Under the pieces are notes generated by a model, which was not told the origin of the DNA, ran no database searches, and saw only the letters and a list, made by a program, of their open reading frames with translations. Of a stretch of 64,000 nt of DNA, positions 9,380 to 18,678 are shown in pieces; position 1 is the first letter of the stretch, and each line of letters begins with the position of its first letter. The position numbers and the translations under genes were made by a program. The stretch is taken from IMG/VR virus record IMGVR_UViG_3300045988_180980; one strand, 5' to 3'. The stretch comes from a virus.

Positions 9380-9609
9380 ACCCAACCCATCAATGGTTTT
9401 CACCCAACCCTTCAATGGGTGTTTTTTTGTTAAGAGCCGACTCTTTTGATGAAAAGAGCCGACTCTTTTGATAAAATCAATCGGCTCTCCGTTTTTTTTT
9501 GTGCTATACCTATTGTTTTCTGAAACTATACCTATTGTTTGCCTATAGGTATAGGCATCCCTCAAGCCAAACAGATACTTCTGTTTACCTCAAACAGACA
9601 CTTCTGTTT
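9380..9609. repeat. four different 15-19-nt motifs, each tandemly duplicated at 22-23-bp spacing
   Basis: ACCCAACCCwTCAATGG at 9380 and 9402. AAGAGCCGACTCTTTTGAT at 9432 and 9454. CTATACCTATTGTTT at 9504 and 9526. AAACAGAyACTTCTGTTT at 9569 and 9592. Confidence 0.85.
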
Positions 9610-9618
9610 ATGTTCCGC

Positions 9619-10422
9619 TCATTCCGTATCATTCGTCGGCTCAGGATTCGTCAATTCGCTTTCTTCCATGTGCCCGTGTCTAATCACATCCTCCTCGTCC
9701 TTCTCTTCCATATACTCGAAGTAGTCCGGCTCCTCCTCGCGCTTGTCGCCGAACATCTCGTCATCCTCTATCTCCTGCAGGTCCTTGGTGGTGAGACCAT
9801 ACTTGCGGGCCATGCGCAACTTCTCCTCCTCGGTATAGTTCACACGGTCGCGCTTCACGATGCTCACGTCCTGCGTGATGGCAATGCGGCTCATGTCCGG
9901 CATCTCGTCCGTAGCGTCGCGCTCCTCGTCGAAGTCCTTATACACCTTGGCAAGAGCCTCCATGCCCTTGGCCACGGCACGGTCGTTGTTCTGCTGCTTG
10001 CCCGTGCGGATGAGCCATTCTGCCGAACCCAGGAACATTGCCTTGTGGCGCGGACTCTCGTCGGTCTGGAAGAAGCGAATCAGATGGTTGCACACCAGCA
10101 CGTCGTTGTTGAGCTCCGTCACGGTGCGCGGACAGATGTTTCCCTCGTCGTCCACGGTAATCTTCAGCGCAAGCACCATGGCCTGCGCGTCCCGTTTGCC
10201 CTGCGCGGCCTGGTTGAGGAACAACTCATAGTCGCGCCGTGCGATGTTGCGGCACACGGTGCGCGGGTCGATGTCGCGGTTCTGCGTCCACCGCTTATAA
10301 AACTCAGAGCACACCTGCATGCGGTAGCGCTGCTCCAGCTTGGGGAAAGCCGCCTCCATGCTCGTGCCGTAGCTCAGCCACTTGTCTATGCGGCTGAGGG
10401 TTCTCTCGGTCAGTCCTGACAT
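9619..10422 (-). CDS. hypothetical protein with highly acidic C-terminus
   Basis: In-frame ATG at 10422 (MSGLTERTL...), with a TATATTTG -7 box about 20 nt upstream on the minus strand. The tail is E/D-rich. Confidence 0.55.
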   Translation of the reverse strand: MSGLTERTLSRIDKWLSYGTSMEAAFPKLEQRYRMQVCSEFYKRWTQNRDIDPRTVCRNIARRDYELFLNQAAQGKRDAQAMVLALKITVDDEGNICPRTVTELNNDVLVCNHLIRFFQTDESPRHKAMFLGSAEWLIRTGKQQNNDRAVAKGMEALAKVYKDFDEERDATDEMPDMSRIAITQDVSIVKRDRVNYTEEEKLRMARKYGLTTKDLQEIEDDEMFGDKREEEPDYFEYMEEKDEEDVIRHGHMEESELTNPEPTNDTE

Positions 10423-10440
10423 ATTTCGTTTCGTTTTCGG

Positions 10441-10448
10441 CAAATATA
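10441..10448 (-). promoter_or_regulatory. -7 box TATATTTG (minus strand) for gene 10422..9619
   Basis: The + strand reads CAAATATA. The box is about 19 nt upstream of the ATG. Confidence 0.4.
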
Positions 10449-10528
10449 GTCTTTCTCCTCCCCACGGTGCGGACAGCGGTCGGCACGGCAGGGCTCGGCT
10501 CTGTCCGCTCCCCACGGTGGCATTGCCC

Positions 10529-10536
10529 TATATTTG
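10529..10536 (+). promoter_or_regulatory. -7 box TATATTTG for the holin-family operon
   Basis: Matches TAnnTTTG 33 nt upstream of the ATG at 10569. It is divergent from the box at 10441. Confidence 0.4.
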
Positions 10537-10568
10537 CATCAGTAATAACCATTAAAAATAGAATACAC

Positions 10569-11105
10569 ATGCAAAACACTTTTCCTCTCCTGCGGATCGT
10601 GGCCTGCGCTCTGTCGGTAGTCTGGTGCTACGTAGCGCCTTCCCTCAATTTCATTGCCATCTGTTTCTTTGCCCTGCTGGTGGACTGCTACACGGCATGG
10701 AGATGCAACCGCCGCATCTATGAAAAGTACAAGGAGCAGCTGCAGCGCAACCCGAAGTACCTCCTCGGCGGCCGCCTGCGCTCCAAGAAGATGTGGAAGA
10801 TGGTGCAGGACTTCACCGTGCTCATCCTGGGCATCTTCCTGGCCACATCCATTGACAACGGCATACTGGGGCACATGGGCGAACTGCACCTGGCCAACTA
10901 TCTGGCTGCGCTCTATTGTGCCGTGCAGTTCGTGAGCATCCTGGAGAACGAGAGCACCTGCAACGGTGCCGAATGGGCCAAGGTGCTGCAGAAGATAGTG
11001 GCCGACAAGACAGAGCGCCACTACCACATCAACCTGAGAGAGCTCATGTACGAAGACCAGAAGCAGGAGGACGAGAATAAGGACAACGCAGACAAACAGC
11101 AGTGA
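10569..11105 (+). CDS. holin-family membrane protein (Phage_holin_4_1-like)
   Basis: ATG at 10569. Hydrophobic segments are followed by ...SIDNGILGH...QFVSILENES..., resembling the D...SIlEN signature of the LL-H/toxin-secretion holin family. Confidence 0.55.
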   Translation: MQNTFPLLRIVACALSVVWCYVAPSLNFIAICFFALLVDCYTAWRCNRRIYEKYKEQLQRNPKYLLGGRLRSKKMWKMVQDFTVLILGIFLATSIDNGILGHMGELHLANYLAALYCAVQFVSILENESTCNGAEWAKVLQKIVADKTERHYHINLRELMYEDQKQEDENKDNADKQQ

Positions 11106-11107
11106 CC

Positions 11108-11707
11108 ATGGCCATAAGCAATATCCTGGAACACTGGGCAAGCATCTATAAGCCCCTGTCCCACAAACCCGAGGGCAAGCTGGAGGAGCAGTCGTTCTTC
11201 CGCATCCGCTACATCGACCTTGAGAACATCTTCTCACGCAACGCCAACGTCATCCACTCGCCCAGCCTGCTCTACAGTATAATCACGACTGGCGAACTTG
11301 TTGACGCAAAGAAGGCCGTGGTGTCTCATCAGGTGTGGTTCATCGCCAAGGTGAAGGACACCCCCCAGACCCTTGGCCGTTACGACGGCAACAAGGCAGA
11401 ACGCACAGCCACCGACCTCGCCGACTACTGCAAGGACCTCATAGCCTGGCTTATCGAGGTGAAGCGCACAGGCCGCTGCCCCGTGACCAAGCGCAACTTT
11501 GCCGAAGATGCCGCCGTGATGGCAGAGCTGCAGAGCATCGACACCAGTTCCATGTCCTTCGGTCTGGTGGGCGAAATCTATGTCGGCCAGTGGCTCGTGA
11601 TGGGCATGGACTGGAAGAGCCTGCAGCCGCTCTATAACTTCGCCTGCGGCAGCAACGGCAAGTATATAGTGCCGGAGGAAGACGAGTCGGATGATAATGA
11701 AAAGTAA
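11108..11707 (+). CDS. hypothetical protein
   Basis: 199 aa from the ATG at 11108 (the track starts at GTG 11102). It lies upstream of the tape-measure gene. Confidence 0.5.
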   Translation: MAISNILEHWASIYKPLSHKPEGKLEEQSFFRIRYIDLENIFSRNANVIHSPSLLYSIITTGELVDAKKAVVSHQVWFIAKVKDTPQTLGRYDGNKAERTATDLADYCKDLIAWLIEVKRTGRCPVTKRNFAEDAAVMAELQSIDTSSMSFGLVGEIYVGQWLVMGMDWKSLQPLYNFACGSNGKYIVPEEDESDDNEK

Positions 11708-11713
11708 AACATC

Positions 11714-12241
11714 ATGCCAAAACCCATACAAGCCCCAGCTTTTGATTTCAAGGACACCGCACGATGGTATCTTGGTGACGTATTGCGTCAGCTCAAGATA
11801 AACACCGAGACGCAGTGTATCTTCCCGAAGGAGATTTACAGCGGCTTTCGGGCCATCAACGATGCCCGTGGAGCACGCGGACAATGGCACGCCGATGGAG
11901 TGGGTGTGAACTCGTTCCAAGGCAGGATAGTGAACGACACGCCCGAAGGCTGGACCTACGAGTTTACCTACAACGACTATATGCGCTTTGTGGATATGGG
12001 TGTAGGTCTCGGTACTAAGTACAACGATGTGGATAGCGCACGAAAGGCCAACTACTCCCGCCGCTACGTCCGTTCATGGAAACGCTATGGAGCGGGTCGT
12101 TCACAGCGTCCTGCCATTATGATGGAGCTTCGACATTTGCAGTCGCGTATGCAAAACTATCTTGTAGATTTCTACGGCTACCAGGGTGAAGCGCAGATAA
12201 TCAAGGCTTTCGAGGATTCGGATATTCATATCACACTCTAA
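11714..12241 (+). CDS. hypothetical protein
   Basis: 175-aa ATG ORF directly upstream of the tape-measure gene. Confidence 0.5.
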   Translation: MPKPIQAPAFDFKDTARWYLGDVLRQLKINTETQCIFPKEIYSGFRAINDARGARGQWHADGVGVNSFQGRIVNDTPEGWTYEFTYNDYMRFVDMGVGLGTKYNDVDSARKANYSRRYVRSWKRYGAGRSQRPAIMMELRHLQSRMQNYLVDFYGYQGEAQIIKAFEDSDIHITL

Positions 12242-12262
12242 CAACGTAAAACAACAATAGCA

Positions 12263-15200
12263 ATGGCAACACAAAGATTAGCAAAAGTAGTAATCACGGC
12301 CAATGCCTCTACAGCCAAGAAGGTATTGGAAGAGATTGACAATCTTGTGCAGAAATATACCGCCGACATCCAAAAAATGACTGCCGCAGGTCAGGCCAAT
12401 ACGGCTGAGTGTAAGAAGGCAGAGAGCACGCTAAAGGCTCTCTCGCAAGTGCAGCGTGACAATATCGAGGACACGAAGCGATTGGGCGAGGTGGTGCAAG
12501 ACCTCGCCAACACAAAGCTTCGCGACCTTCGCCGTGCGCTCGGTTCGGGTAAGTCGGCTCTCGCAGGTCTTACCGGCTCGGATGCTGACCTGAAGAAGGC
12601 AGAGCAGATACGAAGCGAGATGAAGCAGGTGGGTGACGAAATCCGTCTGCTTGAAGGTCAGTATGTCAAGATAGCCGAAGGACTGAAGAATGTAAAGAAC
12701 CAGTCGGACCAATGGCTCGACAAAGCCATCAAGCAGCAGCGCGACCTTGTTGGTTCATTGGAGAAGTCGGATGCGTCGTATCAGCAGAACCTCGCTACAT
12801 TGAAGCAACTTGAAGCCGAGGAAGACAGGCGCAGGGGCAAGATGAGCGAGGCAGAGGCGCATCAGACTGTAACCAGTCAAAACGCTTCGGCCTCTGATTT
12901 GCGTCGTGCCAAGACTACGCTTACTGAAGCACGCGATGCTACTCCTACTAAGCTTACAGGAAACATTGAGGCTTATAACAACGAGCTTCAGGAGATAGAT
13001 AAGCGACTGGAGGCTGTGTCGGGCAAGGCACAGCAAGCCACAATGAGTTGGAAGCAGATGAAGCGTGTGTTGTCTGAACCCAACAAGGCCTCTGGCGAAG
13101 ACATCAAGCGCACGATGGAAGTCATTGCCCAGAAGATACAGCAACTCCCTGCCGGCGGTAAGTATGTGGCTACGCTCCGTCGCCAATACGTCATGCTCGA
13201 GCAGACCCTCAAAGGCACCCGTCTGTCGCAGAGTGCTCTCAACGACATTCTTGCTCGCAGCAAGCAAGGCAAGGCTTCCCTCGACGAACTGCGTCGTGCC
13301 TACAAACATCTTGAAGATGAACTGAACCAAATCAACACCAAGAGCAAGGAGTTTGCCGACAAGCAGAAGTCGATGAAGGAGCTGAAGAAGAACATCGACG
13401 AGGCGACGGGCGCAGTCAACAAGCATGGTGGAGCATGGCAGACAGCTTTGAGGAACCTTGTTGCGTATGTAGGCTTGTTTGGGGCATTCAATATGCTCAA
13501 GTCGAAACTTACCGACGCTATAAATCTCAATCTGAAGTATTCTGACTCGTTGGCCGATATTCGTAAGATCACCAACTATTCGATGGGTACGGTCAATGAA
13601 CTTTCGCGCATGCTGGCAAAGATAGATAGCCGTACAAGCCTTGAGGGCCTGACACAGCTCGCCTACGTTGGTTCTCGTATGGGTATGGGTAAGTACGGAG
13701 CAGAAGGTCTGTACGAATTTGCCAAGGCCAGTGACCGCGTAAACGTTGCACTTCACGAGGATTTGGGCGATGATGCTATGCTCACACTCTCCAAGTTTGT
13801 CGAGACAATGGGTGAGGTTGAGAATCATGGTGGCAATATTAGTACTGCCTTTGATTCTGTGGCAAGTTCGATTTTCAAACTTGCAGCTTCGAGCACATCT
13901 AACGGCGGCAGCATCTTGGAATTTGCGAAGCGCCTAACGGGTTTGGCAAAGGTCACTAAGGTGACGAGTGCCCAGCTTTTGGGTCTTGCATCGGCTTCCG
14001 ATTCTCTCATGCTTATGCCCGAAGTGGCTTCTACTGCTTTTGGTAAACTCCTCAGTAGCTTGTGGACCAATTATCACAGCATCGAAAAAATGCTGGGTAT
14101 GCAGCGCGACTCCTTGAAGGGTATGATAGAGGAGGGCAGGACGATGGATGCTTTGGTTACTGTCTTGAAGAACGTGAGCGACAAGAACCTCAACTCTATG
14201 GATGAATACTTCAAGGAGTTTGGTTCAGACGGCCAGCGATTGAAGCAGGTTGTTGTCACTATGGCACAGAACGTGAACGTCCTGGAGCAGCATCTTGATA
14301 CTTCCAACGAGGCGTACAGAGAGGGTACGGCCGTAGTGAAGGAATACAGGATACAGCAACAGACCGCACAGGCCATTCTCGAGCGTGCCAACAACATGTG
14401 GGAGAAGGCGTTTGTCAATCCTGAAGGAATTGATTCGGTAAAGGAGATGGCGAAGATGTGGTACAACTTCTCTAAATCACTTACCCATTCGCAGCCGTTC
14501 CTGTTGTCGGTTCGTTTTCTTTTCGTTGAGCTAACCATTGTCGTTAGGATGTTGCTTTCTGTACTCCCTGGACTGGTAGCATATCTGGGCACTCGTGGAC
14601 TGGTAGCAGTGTTCTCCAAACTGATACCTTTATTTACGGGTTTGAAGTTCGCTACGATGGCAAGCAATATAAAACTTGCCACTAAAGCTGTTATGGGTGA
14701 CGCATGGGCTGTCCGCATACTTACGCTACGTTGGCAAGCCCTGAACGCGGCCATGAAGGCTAATGTTATTGGTCTTGTGTTGGGTGTGGTGACATCGCTC
14801 GGTTTTGGTATATACGAACTGTTCTCCAACACGGAAAAGGCTACTGGCTCGATGAAACGCTTTGACGGTTCGCTGAAAGGCGTGAAATCTCAAGCCAACC
14901 AAGCCGTCGGGGAACTCGACGCTTACTACCATGCCGTTAGGGATGCACAGAAGGGAACCAATCAGCGCACAGCTGCCATAAAGCAGTTTAACGAAAAGTT
15001 CGGCTCTTATCTCTCTAATCTTATAACTGAGAAGTCAACCGCAAAGGACTTGGCAAAGGCATATCGTGAGGCTACCGATGCCATTAGGGCGAAGATTTAT
15101 CTTCAGATGAAGGAGAAGGACATCCAGGAGCAATACACACCACGTGTGGGATGGAGCCTTGATAGACTTAACGAATACGGCAAAGTGGGCAAGGGTACCG

Positions 15201-17824
15201 ATAGTACGGATTGGCTCAAGGCTTACGAAGCCGATTCTCGTGATAAGGGCATGCGCTCCATTGCCAAGGAGCTGGCAAAACGCTTTAAGACAACAAATAC
15301 TGCAGAGGTATTGAAGTCTTATTTCCGTGGTGACGAGAACCTGCGTTTTGATTATCGTAAAACTCTCGACAAATACGGAAATACAACTCTCGATCTGACA
15401 CGTGCGGGTGAAGGCGATGAGAAACTCTTTAGGGCTTTAAGGTATATAGCGCAGACTCGCTCCGCCAACAGCTCAATGAGTAAGATCAACAAGAAGTTCG
15501 GTCCGGTTCAAAAGGAAATTGATGATTTCCTCACCAAAGACGACGGGAAAAACATCCTCGTCGATAATGATGATGACAAGAAAAAAGGCAAAGGTGATAA
15601 AAATCCTCTCCCTAAAGAAAAGAATATTGCACAAGACCGCGCCAATGCGCTTATCGCCAACATCAAGGCATTCTATGAGGAACAGATGCGCAAATACCTG
15701 GAATGGGTGGCTCAGATGAACGCCGATGGAGAAAAGATTAGCGAAGGACAGCAGAAGGGACAGATGGATTATCTGCAATCGCAGATGGATCGTGCTCTTG
15801 GTGCGGCCCGCCAATCCATTGCCACCCTTGATGACGGATGGAAGGAGGTTTATTCCCACATGAACGAGGATGTGATGGTTTTCGACGACGAGACTTCCAA
15901 ACAGTTGCTCGAGTCTATTGGCAAAGCGGATATTAGTGAACTTCACAAGTTGTTCACCAAACTGTCCGGCGACCTCTCTCGCGAAAACAATAAGACTCTT
16001 GCAGAGAACCTCGGCGCATTGCTTGACCAGCTATTTGCCAATGGCTCTAAGGAATTGCGTGAGGCAGCAGAGAAACTGCTTGCTCGTCAACGCGAGATAC
16101 AGAAGATCTTGAACGAGCACGACTATACGGGTGCTGTTAATCGCAATACTCGTAGTGATTTCGACCGTTTGGGCTTCTTGCGTCCTGCAGATGGTGTCAA
16201 TGCTGATACTCCCGAAGGTCTTGGCAAGATGAATGCTGCTTTCGACAAGTTGACTGCCAAGGCACGCGAGTCTGTTATCGTATTGTACAGTCTCAATCCG
16301 GAAAGCAAGGAATTTCAGCATCAATTCCTTCAGTTCCTGTCTATAGCCAATGACGGTTTCGATTTCTCTGAACTCAAAGCGCAAGACCTCAAGGCTCTTT
16401 ATCTCGAACTTATAAAGTATAGCGACGAGTACGAGTCGGCCAGCAAGAAGCGCGATGATGAGCGCAAGAAGCTGAATGACTATGCGTGGTCGAAAACCGA
16501 CTTCTCTAAGGGATATAATATGCTACAGCCCAAACTGGAGCAGGATGTCGCTGTTAAGGGTAGTTATCGCAATGTCGGTCAGCGCATGGGTATGGAGTCC
16601 GTGTCGGCTTCCGACCCCGAACTTGAACTTCTGAAGGCCCGTATGGCATTTGCTCAGGAATACTACAAGTTCCTCGAAGAGCATAACGCTACCGAACAGC
16701 AGCTTGCCGATGCTCGCAAGGGTATAATGTCGGAACAGGCTAACTACGCAAAGAAGCTCACTGGGGACATGTTTGAGCAGTACAATTCGCTCCTTACTTT
16801 CATGGGACCGTTGCAAACCTTTGGTGAGTCGGTAGGCGATGCTTTTGCCACTATGACCGAGAACGCTTCCGAAGGACGCAAGCAGTTGAAGTCTGCCTTA
16901 AAGCAGATGATAAAATCGTTTGCCACCAGCTCCTTGCAGATGATTAGCCAGCAGCAGATAGACCGTGCGCAGACCACCGCACACTATGAACAGTTACTTC
17001 TCATGCAGCAGGTGTTTGCGCAAGCCAAACTTCAAGCAGAGGTCGCCAATGGAACTGCAATGATTGGTGCGAAGCAAGCAGCCAATTTGACCGAGGAACA
17101 GCTTGAAGGTATTCACCAGCAAGTGATGGCAGCCCTTCGTTCGGCAGGTATCTTTGGATGGTGCGTCAGCACTCTGGGTCCTATTGCCGGTCCTATTGCT
17201 TATGGTGCAATGATGGCAACCCTCATGGGCTTGCTCAGTTTCGCTATCAGCAAGATAGGTGGCCGCGACAAATCAACCAATAACACCGCCAAGGCCAATA
17301 ACATCAAGGTCACATCCGGCATGCTCACTTACGACTCTGGTAACGTGCAAGGCCTCCGTCCGTTCGTCAGCAACGATGGCGGTCTCTATTGGGCAACAGA
17401 GGACAACAAGCCACATCGCGGCGTGTCGCTCCTTACACAGCCCACTGCTACCACCATCAACGGACAGCCGTCGCTGGTGGCAGAGAACGGGCCTGAGATA
17501 GTCATCGGACGCGAGACCACCCGAGCCATGCAGATGAACAACCCACAACTCTTGAGAGCGCTCGTCAACTTCGACCGCAACTTCTCAGGGCGCAAGGCGT
17601 ATGATGCCGGCAACCTGTCGGAGACGGCCACCGCCGACCCCACAGGTACATCCGTACAGGAACTGATAGCCAACAGCGCCATGGCCAATATGGCTCTCCA
17701 GGAGGCTGTCACCACCCTGCTGAAGCGGCTCGACGCGCCCATAGAGGCCAAGATAAACATGTACGGCTACGGGCAGCTGTATGACAGCATGAAGAAGGCC
17801 GAACGCTTCATGCGCAACAAGTAG
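12263..17824 (+). CDS. tail tape-measure protein
   Basis: 1853 aa with long coiled-coil stretches and central and C-terminal hydrophobic Gly-rich segments (LSVLPGLVAYLGTRGLVAVF, GPIAGPIAYGAMMATLMGLL). The composition is typical of a tape-measure protein. Confidence 0.7.
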   Translation: MATQRLAKVVITANASTAKKVLEEIDNLVQKYTADIQKMTAAGQANTAECKKAESTLKALSQVQRDNIEDTKRLGEVVQDLANTKLRDLRRALGSGKSALAGLTGSDADLKKAEQIRSEMKQVGDEIRLLEGQYVKIAEGLKNVKNQSDQWLDKAIKQQRDLVGSLEKSDASYQQNLATLKQLEAEEDRRRGKMSEAEAHQTVTSQNASASDLRRAKTTLTEARDATPTKLTGNIEAYNNELQEIDKRLEAVSGKAQQATMSWKQMKRVLSEPNKASGEDIKRTMEVIAQKIQQLPAGGKYVATLRRQYVMLEQTLKGTRLSQSALNDILARSKQGKASLDELRRAYKHLEDELNQINTKSKEFADKQKSMKELKKNIDEATGAVNKHGGAWQTALRNLVAYVGLFGAFNMLKSKLTDAINLNLKYSDSLADIRKITNYSMGTVNELSRMLAKIDSRTSLEGLTQLAYVGSRMGMGKYGAEGLYEFAKASDRVNVALHEDLGDDAMLTLSKFVETMGEVENHGGNISTAFDSVASSIFKLAASSTSNGGSILEFAKRLTGLAKVTKVTSAQLLGLASASDSLMLMPEVASTAFGKLLSSLWTNYHSIEKMLGMQRDSLKGMIEEGRTMDALVTVLKNVSDKNLNSMDEYFKEFGSDGQRLKQVVVTMAQNVNVLEQHLDTSNEAYREGTAVVKEYRIQQQTAQAILERANNMWEKAFVNPEGIDSVKEMAKMWYNFSKSLTHSQPFLLSVRFLFVELTIVVRMLLSVLPGLVAYLGTRGLVAVFSKLIPLFTGLKFATMASNIKLATKAVMGDAWAVRILTLRWQALNAAMKANVIGLVLGVVTSLGFGIYELFSNTEKATGSMKRFDGSLKGVKSQANQAVGELDAYYHAVRDAQKGTNQRTAAIKQFNEKFGSYLSNLITEKSTAKDLAKAYREATDAIRAKIYLQMKEKDIQEQYTPRVGWSLDRLNEYGKVGKGTDSTDWLKAYEADSRDKGMRSIAKELAKRFKTTNTAEVLKSYFRGDENLRFDYRKTLDKYGNTTLDLTRAGEGDEKLFRALRYIAQTRSANSSMSKINKKFGPVQKEIDDFLTKDDGKNILVDNDDDKKKGKGDKNPLPKEKNIAQDRANALIANIKAFYEEQMRKYLEWVAQMNADGEKISEGQQKGQMDYLQSQMDRALGAARQSIATLDDGWKEVYSHMNEDVMVFDDETSKQLLESIGKADISELHKLFTKLSGDLSRENNKTLAENLGALLDQLFANGSKELREAAEKLLARQREIQKILNEHDYTGAVNRNTRSDFDRLGFLRPADGVNADTPEGLGKMNAAFDKLTAKARESVIVLYSLNPESKEFQHQFLQFLSIANDGFDFSELKAQDLKALYLELIKYSDEYESASKKRDDERKKLNDYAWSKTDFSKGYNMLQPKLEQDVAVKGSYRNVGQRMGMESVSASDPELELLKARMAFAQEYYKFLEEHNATEQQLADARKGIMSEQANYAKKLTGDMFEQYNSLLTFMGPLQTFGESVGDAFATMTENASEGRKQLKSALKQMIKSFATSSLQMISQQQIDRAQTTAHYEQLLLMQQVFAQAKLQAEVANGTAMIGAKQAANLTEEQLEGIHQQVMAALRSAGIFGWCVSTLGPIAGPIAYGAMMATLMGLLSFAISKIGGRDKSTNNTAKANNIKVTSGMLTYDSGNVQGLRPFVSNDGGLYWATEDNKPHRGVSLLTQPTATTINGQPSLVAENGPEIVIGRETTRAMQMNNPQLLRALVNFDRNFSGRKAYDAGNLSETATADPTGTSVQELIANSAMANMALQEAVTTLLKRLDAPIEAKINMYGYGQLYDSMKKAERFMRNK

Positions 17825-17884
17825 CCGCCACACCACGCAAGGTAACTATTCATCCGTTACGCCACACCACGCAGGGAAACTCTC

Positions 17885-17918
17885 AAGCCGTCATGCCGCA
17901 AGGCGTGGCGGCTTTTCC
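17885..17918 (+). terminator. intrinsic terminator after the tape-measure gene
   Basis: AAGCCG-t-CATGCC-GCAA-GGCGTG-g-CGGCTT, a long stem with a GNRA loop, followed by TTTCC. Confidence 0.55.
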
Positions 17919-18509
17919 GTTGCATTCCGCTTGCACACCCCACACCCCGCACGGACCACGGAATCCCGATACAGACCCAAGAGGAAAGAATAAACTTCTG
18001 TCTCCAAAAGTCCAAAACCACAAACTCGCAGAACTCGCTGACTTTCGTGGACTTTATATCAGAACTACCCGTCAAAAGTCCATAAATCCACCCAAAACGC
18101 CTACTACTATATAAAAATTCCGCCAACTTTTCTCCTCTTGCATTTTCAAAAATCCCCAACCCTAACCAATTAGTCAGTAGCATTGACGCCTATGGCTTAA
18201 ATAGCTGACATTAGGAATGATACAAATAGGAAAAATAAGGCACAGAGCAACGAAAAACGCTGTAAATACCTATATATTCATTTTCTTTCCTTTATTTTTT
18301 GTTCCTTGCGCTCGCTATAGGATATAAAAAAATCTCCTATTTTTGGACTTTACATGTATAATACGCAAGAAATCAAGAAGCTAAATCACTTTTCAGAATA
18401 TTCAACGTGCGGTCACATGGTGGATTCCTTGTGGACAATAGAAGCATTTTCTGAAATCATGGACTTTTCGTTTTTCGTCATTTTTGGGAAAAACGGACGC
18501 GAGTCCGTA

Positions 18510-18634
18510 AATCTGGACATCTGATAAGCCAAAAGTTCAGATTGCTGTTTGCTGTTTTGGACAGCGGCGTTAAGTGCTAAAAAATCTAAAAAATAGTACC
18601 GAACACCACAAAAACCAATCTGGACATCTGATAA
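18510..18634 (+). repeat. 18-bp direct repeat AATCTGGACATCTGATAA (2 copies)
   Basis: Exact copies at 18510..18527 and 18617..18634, inside the 850-bp non-coding region. Confidence 0.8.
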
Positions 18635-18649
18635 TTCAGAAATAATTCT

Positions 18650-18657
18650 TAAATTTG
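18650..18657 (+). promoter_or_regulatory. -7 box TAAATTTG for the primase-like gene
   Basis: Matches TAnnTTTG 22 nt upstream of the ATG at 18679. Confidence 0.4.
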
Positions 18658-18678
18658 CAACAAAAGAACCGCAAAAGC

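Noticed and set aside
9374-9565. 63-aa minus-strand ORF in the repeat-dense intergenic region
   Set aside because: It is composed almost entirely of the duplicated 15-19-nt motifs. The repeats explain the sequence better than coding does, and there is no promoter box or coupling to neighbouring genes.
9499-10419. 306-aa + strand ORF
   Set aside because: It is antisense to the minus-strand gene 9619..10422. Its translation is Leu/His/Val/Arg-rich, and its N-terminus runs through the intergenic repeat units.
17857-18183. Two overlapping ORFs (108 aa minus strand, 73 aa plus strand) in the 850-bp gap
   Set aside because: They overlap on opposite strands, have low-complexity Pro/Thr/Lys-rich translations, and have no promoter box or neighbouring gene coupling. 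The region is treated as non-coding.
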